Shown here: positions 30,579-35,478 of the stretch, piece by piece
How the letters are laid out: the number at the start of each line of letters is the position of its first letter
How positions within the stretch are numbered: the stretch's first letter is position 1
Origin: a virus
Taxonomy: Duplodnaviria; Caudoviricetes
Length of the DNA: 35,478 nucleotides
Strand: one strand, 5' to 3'
Virus record (IMG/VR): IMGVR_UViG_3300030397_000224
Location: 1 to 35,478 of that record
Notes under the pieces: generated by a model
Database searches by the model: none
What the model was told of the DNA's origin: nothing
The model's input: only the letters and a program-made list of their open reading frames with translations
Translations under genes and position numbers: made by a program

Positions 30579-31114
30579 GGCGGGGTCTTGTTCGTGTGCG
30601 GGAACGGATCATTGGGAATGTCAGCGCCAAGGAACGGGCAAAGCGTTTCCCATCCATGACCCGACACAATATCCATAATCAGAAACGTTCCTGACGGTGA
30701 GTTACTGAAAGCCTCAACGCATTCAGCGAAGTGTTCCTGATACCTGTCACGGTAAACCTTTTCAGCCTGATCAGCCGTCATGTTGGTACCGTAGAAGTAA
30801 TCGTGGATGGGCACATGCTGTCCTTTCCAATTCTTGGCAACGCTGGCATACCATGAATCAAGGTCACGAACCGTCAGAATGAACTTGGCGCCGGGGAAAG
30901 AGTCGCGCAGAAAAGCCGGGTACATGCACCAAGGGAATCCCCTGAAGCATTCATGACCGCCCACATTGTCAAGCATGCCTTGCTGGTAATCCTCATCAGA
31001 CATACCTTCCTTAAACGTCATGATGCCCTGAACGCATTTTGGATAGCCCAAAATCCGCAGCGCCTCATCAAGTGAGGAAGTGCCGGTTTTGTGTAACCCG
31101 AGTAAAAATATCAT
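30575..31114 (-). CDS. Sulfotransferase family protein (Sulfotransfer_4-like)
   Basis: 5'-PSB loop GLHKTGTSSL..AL..LGY, 3'-PB PGAKFILTVRD..SW..S, GWETLCPFLG...P...FPH.N. Confidence 0.88.
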   Translation of the reverse strand: MIFLLGLHKTGTSSLDEALRILGYPKCVQGIMTFKEGMSDEDYQQGMLDNVGGHECFRGFPWCMYPAFLRDSFPGAKFILTVRDLDSWYASVAKNWKGQHVPIHDYFYGTNMTADQAEKVYRDRYQEHFAECVEAFSNSPSGTFLIMDIVSGHGWETLCPFLGADIPNDPFPHTNKTPP

Positions 31115-31566
31115 GTTGTCATTTCCGCTACTGCATTGATGATGATCTGGCCGGAAGAAAGAAAGCCCTGATCCGGCGTGAATGATGCAAACTCACCGCC
31201 ATCAAACCACCACATTTGAACCTTCCCGCTGAAAGTCCGGTCTGTTTGCGCCAACAATGCGGATTCAACCTGTCCCATTAACTCGTCACGGTATTTAGCC
31301 GCCTCTGACAAGTTGTCCTGGTGAAACTCAACGCACCACAAAGAAAGTCGGAGGTTGTAACGCTGCCTGGTGGCTCTCGCCAAGTATTGCTCAACATCAG
31401 CACTTCTATCTTCAAGGTAGATATAGACCGCAGGCGCTCCATCAGAGCCAAGCCAGATTTCTTTTTCTATCTGAACGTTGAAGCCAGTCTTCGCCGCAAG
31501 CGTGGCATCGGCTTCAAGAATGCTTTTGATGGCCGTTTCAATGCCATAATAATCAATTGCCGCCAA
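31111..31566 (-). CDS. Tail terminator/completion protein
   Basis: Position after the gpG-like gene; size and alpha/beta pattern (AI..IL.AD..L, PAVYIY). Confidence 0.7.
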   Translation of the reverse strand: MAAIDYYGIETAIKSILEADATLAAKTGFNVQIEKEIWLGSDGAPAVYIYLEDRSADVEQYLARATRQRYNLRLSLWCVEFHQDNLSEAAKYRDELMGQVESALLAQTDRTFSGKVQMWWFDGGEFASFTPDQGFLSSGQIIINAVAEMTT

Positions 31567-32068
31567 TGTCCTGCCTCATTTGCTGAATGGTTGACTCAAT
31601 GGATTGAACCGCGAGCTTCGCGGTCAGGTTCTTTGTCGGCAGCATTTTTCTTTGCGGGATGCCTGGATGGTTAACCTTTGAAGCGAACACTGGCCCGTTT
31701 GCTGTCATGAAACGAAGCTTGCGGCCTGACTTGGGTTTGATGGGGTAGGCAGAAGTGCCATGTTCATGGAATGGCGCAATCTTCAGGTTGCTGCCAATCC
31801 TCACCACGTTACCAGAAACAGAGTAGTTGAATGACTGTCTGAGCTTTCCCGTGTCTTGGAGCGGCTTTGATGATGCGCCGCGCCTGGCTGCAACCGTGTT
31901 TTCAGACAAGACCGGCCATGGCGATTCAATCCCTTCTTTCTGGAAGTTGTCATTGACCCACTTTAACTGGTCAGCACCAATCAGGTTCAGCAAGGAATCA
32001 GCGTCAAGGTACGTCAGAGCTTTCCTGATCTTTGATCTTAGGCCGGTTATGTCGGTATTAATGCTCAC
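31553..32068 (-). CDS. Virion morphogenesis protein (Mu gpG-like)
   Basis: NF..EG...PW..LS..T, PLQDTGKLRQS, V.IGSN...A..HE.G, GIPQR..L. Confidence 0.88.
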   Translation of the reverse strand: MSINTDITGLRSKIRKALTYLDADSLLNLIGADQLKWVNDNFQKEGIESPWPVLSENTVAARRGASSKPLQDTGKLRQSFNYSVSGNVVRIGSNLKIAPFHEHGTSAYPIKPKSGRKLRFMTANGPVFASKVNHPGIPQRKMLPTKNLTAKLAVQSIESTIQQMRQDIGGN

Positions 32069-32547
32069 AGTTGCGCGGATTCTTCCCGGTCATCCTGAAT
32101 ATCGTCAACCTTGTCACAGTCAACGAAGGAATCAATGAACCCATCCTCTCTGAAGGTCGGGTTGTAGTTCATGGTGTTTGACCATGTTTCATTCTGTGTG
32201 GTGGAAGCTTCAACGACATTCCCGGCAGAATCAACAAGCGTGATTTTGCCGTCAACAATCCCCTCAAGCGTTTCCCATGCCTGGTCAAACTTGGCAGGCC
32301 AGTCTGAATCATTGCGCCTTTCCGACATGAATACACGCTGCTGAAGGTACTTCTGAACAGCAATTTCAGTGGTGATGGTTTCCAGAATCGGAATGCTGGA
32401 AAGCGGCAGCGTATAGGATTTTGCAATCCTGGCTATCACTTCAGAATTAGCCCGTTCCGCAAAAGCGTACAGGTCAGCGGAACTTGTTGTTGTCCTTGAT
32501 GCCACCAACGATACTGTCAGCATCATCTTTGAAACGGTTGTAAACAT
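32065..32547 (-). CDS. Head-tail connector (Mu gp36/DUF1320-like)
   Basis: A.SEV.A.I...Y.LPL, L..I...IA, A...LE.I.DGKI.L. Confidence 0.8.
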   Translation of the reverse strand: MFTTVSKMMLTVSLVASRTTTSSADLYAFAERANSEVIARIAKSYTLPLSSIPILETITTEIAVQKYLQQRVFMSERRNDSDWPAKFDQAWETLEGIVDGKITLVDSAGNVVEASTTQNETWSNTMNYNPTFREDGFIDSFVDCDKVDDIQDDREESAQL

Positions 32548-32550
32548 AGG

Positions 32551-35376
32551 CTAAAACCATTTTTTCTGAAAGGGCTTGAATGCCTCTGACACTCTCGAAT
32601 CGAATTCCTTCCTGAAGTCTTCCTCTGATTCAACTCGAACGCCCGGGCCGGTCATTTCGCCATACCCTTCCTTTGAAGTCTCAAGATCAAAGCGAACATC
32701 AACACCCCGGCCCAGCACTGTCAGCGCGTCCGAATAGTATTGTAAGGTATCAACGTGAACGTATCTAGGATTCCCAATCAAGTGCTCTTTGTATATTGCA
32801 ATGGTTTCTTCACATAACCGCTTGATTTCGTTGGTAATCCGCTGGCCGTTCTGCTGAAGCATGAACTTCACAAGCAGCATGTTGTCCCGGCAGATAAAGT
32901 GCTTTTGCAATATCCGGTCAGGATGATCCTGAATATCCTTCTCAAGCATTGGCTTGTTACGCCAGAATCTGGACTGACGGGTTTCCTCTGTCAGATATCC
33001 CATGTGCGCAATGTGAACATCCCCAACCACAATGGTTGGCCCTGGCCCTTCGTTCATTTCAAGTTCCGGGTGTTCGTGGATGCGTCCGAAGAACTGCATT
33101 TGCTTTCCTTCATACGGCTTCATCTTAAACAGTCTTACCGGCATGTCAGGCTCTGCCTGCATGTCTACCGCGAAATGATGTTGACGGATTGAATAGCCGT
33201 TATAAATGCTCTGCCTCAAATACTTCTGTAACTGGCTTCTATCCAGAAGTTTTTCGTCGGTATCAATCCACAAACACCAGTCGGTTTTAATGTGGGAGAT
33301 TGAAAGATTGCGGCAGGCATCAAATCCGATGGATAACGGCGATTCACAATCAACGAGTACCGCGCCAAGATCCTTGGCCATGGCTTCAGCCAAGGGAGCC
33401 ATGCCGGTATTTGCTATGACAATCTGGTCAACAACAGGCCGGATTGAACGCAGGCACCATAGAAGCGTTTCTTCGCAACCTGGCCCCGCAATCAATGCCG
33501 CGCCAACCGTTTCAACAGGCCGCTGAAGTTTCAGTTTTCGAGCCATGTCGATTTCAGGAACGGGCACATGGTCAGCCTCATAGATGACATAGTTATGACC
33601 AAGTGGCTCATTCGTGTCCTGGTGTTCCGTTGCTGCGCGTGACCAGTGCGACATTTTCTTTTCAAGAAACATGTCTTCAAGGTCGTGCTTGTCGAATTCC
33701 CATAGGTGCTGCTTGTCCTTGATGGGTTGGCCTCTTTCCCATGGGCCGAAGGGAACCGTGATGATGACATGACCGCCTTTGGCCACATAGTTTTCAATTT
33801 CAGTAGCCAGCTTCCATGGCTCTTCAACATGCTCCAACACTTCAAAGCATGTGGCCACATCATAGTTATAGCCATCTTGAAGCGCGGCAGCGTAATCCTT
33901 GAACTCTTCCGTTGTTTTCAAAAGGATGTTGTCAGGATACTGCGCATATTGGGCAATCGTTTTTTCTGCCTCTTCCAAGGCTTGCGGGTTCACGTCAACG
34001 GCAGTGACCTTAAGATCAGGGAACAGGTTTGAAAGATGAACAGCTTGGTAAGCGCAGCCGCACCCGTAATCAAGCAACTTTTCTGGTGCGCACTCTTCAA
34101 CCCAATGCAGGATTCCAGTAAACCGGGGATCTCGTATTGCATCCTCAAAACTGCCCTCTTGTGCGGGCAGGTTTTCATAGTCAGCTTCGCCAAGCATTCC
34201 AAGCAGTTCCTGAAGTGGCGAATCTTCAGGGCAGACTTCCCGAGCAGCAACCACGTCAGAATGCTGGATGAAATGCCTTGCTAGTCTTTCGGGGTCATCG
34301 TTCAACTGGTCAAACAGGCTGTAAATCTCTTCAGTCCATTCCTGCGCGACAATTTCCCAATCATTATTTTTGCTGGCCCGTTTACCGGCTTCCGATGCGC
34401 GACTGAAAGCAGCGTGATCATCCAGATAGGCACTGACAGCGTTCACGAAGTTCTTCGTGTGGTTCTCGTCATCCTTGATCAACTTCCCGGCTCCGGTCGC
34501 CAGCGTTTCAGGTAACGCGCCAATCCTGGTGGCCACAACCGGAAGCCCTGCCGCCATACACTCCATCAAACTTATGCAGGATATCTCCCTGAAGTCTGCC
34601 GCGACCGGGGAAGGGGTTGGATACACGTAACAACGCGCCTTGGCATACTCTTCATAAAGCTTTTCTTTGGTCAGTGCACCAAGGTATTCCACGTTTTCAG
34701 GAAAAAGGGTTCTGGCAATGTGGTCACATTCAGCATACAAGTCCTGGAAGTGGTCAACCGGGTTTTCATAGGTGGCAATCTTCAGTTTGATATCTGGATG
34801 CCGCTTGAGCAATTCAGGCATGATTTCCTTCAGCAGTCGATCAAGTCCCCGTTCCGGCCTGGCACAATACATGATTGTTTTGGGGTCTCTCTTCGATTGC
34901 TTGAACAGGTTCAGGTCAACGCCGTTCCTTGTGTGCAAAATCGCATCTTCGTGAAGATCAAGAGTTTCCTGATACTGGTCAATATGATATTGGGACAACA
35001 GCATTACGCGGTCAATGTTCCAGAGTACTCCTTTGAATTCCTGCGCGTTCCGGCCAAGGGCAAGGTCATGGCACCACAACAGGTTCAGTTTCGCTGCTGT
35101 GCGGCCTATGAACTTGTACGGGATGCGCTGCACAATGGCCACATCATGCGGGGTGCTTGCTACAAAACCGTCCCACTGATCAAGAGGCATGTAATACACG
35201 CCGTCATATTCGCCTGGCTCGCCGTTCCCGAAGAGGTATACATCATGGCCAAGTGAGGCCAGTTCTCTTGCCATGCACAGCGCAGCCGTTTCAGATCCGC
35301 CAAGGGAAGCTTCTTTCAGGGTGTTGCCGGTGAAGGGCATGCCGGGAACGAACATTGAAATAGTCAGGTTTTTCAT
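32551..35376 (-). CDS. Three-domain GT4 glycosyltransferase - SAM methyltransferase - GT2 glycosyltransferase
   Basis: GT-B: LGGSETA, WCHD, NGVD, RPERGL, EISCISLMECMAAGLPVV..RIGALPE. MTase: LLDYGCG, VTAVDVN, FEVLEHV, GG..IITVP. GT-A: WIDTDE, RLF, GRIHE, IAHMGY, RN..MLEK. Confidence 0.9.
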   Translation of the reverse strand: MKNLTISMFVPGMPFTGNTLKEASLGGSETAALCMARELASLGHDVYLFGNGEPGEYDGVYYMPLDQWDGFVASTPHDVAIVQRIPYKFIGRTAAKLNLLWCHDLALGRNAQEFKGVLWNIDRVMLLSQYHIDQYQETLDLHEDAILHTRNGVDLNLFKQSKRDPKTIMYCARPERGLDRLLKEIMPELLKRHPDIKLKIATYENPVDHFQDLYAECDHIARTLFPENVEYLGALTKEKLYEEYAKARCYVYPTPSPVAADFREISCISLMECMAAGLPVVATRIGALPETLATGAGKLIKDDENHTKNFVNAVSAYLDDHAAFSRASEAGKRASKNNDWEIVAQEWTEEIYSLFDQLNDDPERLARHFIQHSDVVAAREVCPEDSPLQELLGMLGEADYENLPAQEGSFEDAIRDPRFTGILHWVEECAPEKLLDYGCGCAYQAVHLSNLFPDLKVTAVDVNPQALEEAEKTIAQYAQYPDNILLKTTEEFKDYAAALQDGYNYDVATCFEVLEHVEEPWKLATEIENYVAKGGHVIITVPFGPWERGQPIKDKQHLWEFDKHDLEDMFLEKKMSHWSRAATEHQDTNEPLGHNYVIYEADHVPVPEIDMARKLKLQRPVETVGAALIAGPGCEETLLWCLRSIRPVVDQIVIANTGMAPLAEAMAKDLGAVLVDCESPLSIGFDACRNLSISHIKTDWCLWIDTDEKLLDRSQLQKYLRQSIYNGYSIRQHHFAVDMQAEPDMPVRLFKMKPYEGKQMQFFGRIHEHPELEMNEGPGPTIVVGDVHIAHMGYLTEETRQSRFWRNKPMLEKDIQDHPDRILQKHFICRDNMLLVKFMLQQNGQRITNEIKRLCEETIAIYKEHLIGNPRYVHVDTLQYYSDALTVLGRGVDVRFDLETSKEGYGEMTGPGVRVESEEDFRKEFDSRVSEAFKPFQKKWF

Positions 35377-35405
35377 CGGGACTCCTGTCAGGTTGGATGT
35401 TTCCG

Positions 35406-35431
35406 ATTATAGCCATATTGCATAATGCAAC
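35406..35431 (-). promoter_or_regulatory. Promoter of the GT/head-tail unit: TATAAT (35406-35411) with palindrome copy 3 (35417-35431)
   Basis: Minus strand GTTGCATTATGCAAT-atggc-TATAAT, then a short leader with an AGGAG RBS before ATG 35376. Confidence 0.65.
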
Positions 35432-35478
35432 CACGTTGCTAGATGAAAAAGTTCTGAATTTAAATTGTAAAAGTGTTT

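Noticed and set aside
769-32547. Transposable Mu-like phage
   Set aside because: Mu-like portal, gpF, gpG and gp36 are present, but there is no transposase A/B or Mor/C, and the terminase is P22/PBSX-type.
1-35478. Alternative genetic code, tRNA genes, integrase/att site
   Set aside because: Genes tile densely and intact under the standard code using all three stops. No cloverleaf or recombinase was recognised by eye.

Overview
A 35.5 kb piece of a tailed dsDNA bacteriophage genome with a siphovirus-like tail. The two-component spanin implies a Gram-negative host. Most genes are on the minus strand. Reading the minus strand from the right end: a three-domain glycosyltransferase-methyltransferase-glycosyltransferase, Mu-like head-tail joining genes, a sulfotransferase, tail tube, a frameshifted tail chaperone, tape measure, tail tip and an S74-chaperoned fiber. 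Next come a divergent early region (leaderless Cro, AAA/Sak4-like ATPase, NinB-like gene), two predicted antisense small RNAs, and a cassette of IbrA (PAPS-reductase fold), an EctC-cupin::IbrB(ParB) fusion and accessory genes. After these lie the lysis genes, TerS, a 4.6 kb array of small accessory genes with repeated junction sequences (including a SpoU RNA methyltransferase), TerL, DUF4031 and a portal::MuF fusion. No major capsid protein, protease, integrase, CI repressor or transposase is visible in the window. The first 17 nt are a random-amplification primer. The two best candidates for undescribed biology are the ectoine-synthase-domain::ParB plus PAPS-reductase cassette (candidate DNA modification system, possibly sRNA-gated) and the glycosyl/methyl/sulfo-transferase set inside the virion module (candidate virion glycan decoration). 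All family calls come from motif recognition by eye; no database search was run.
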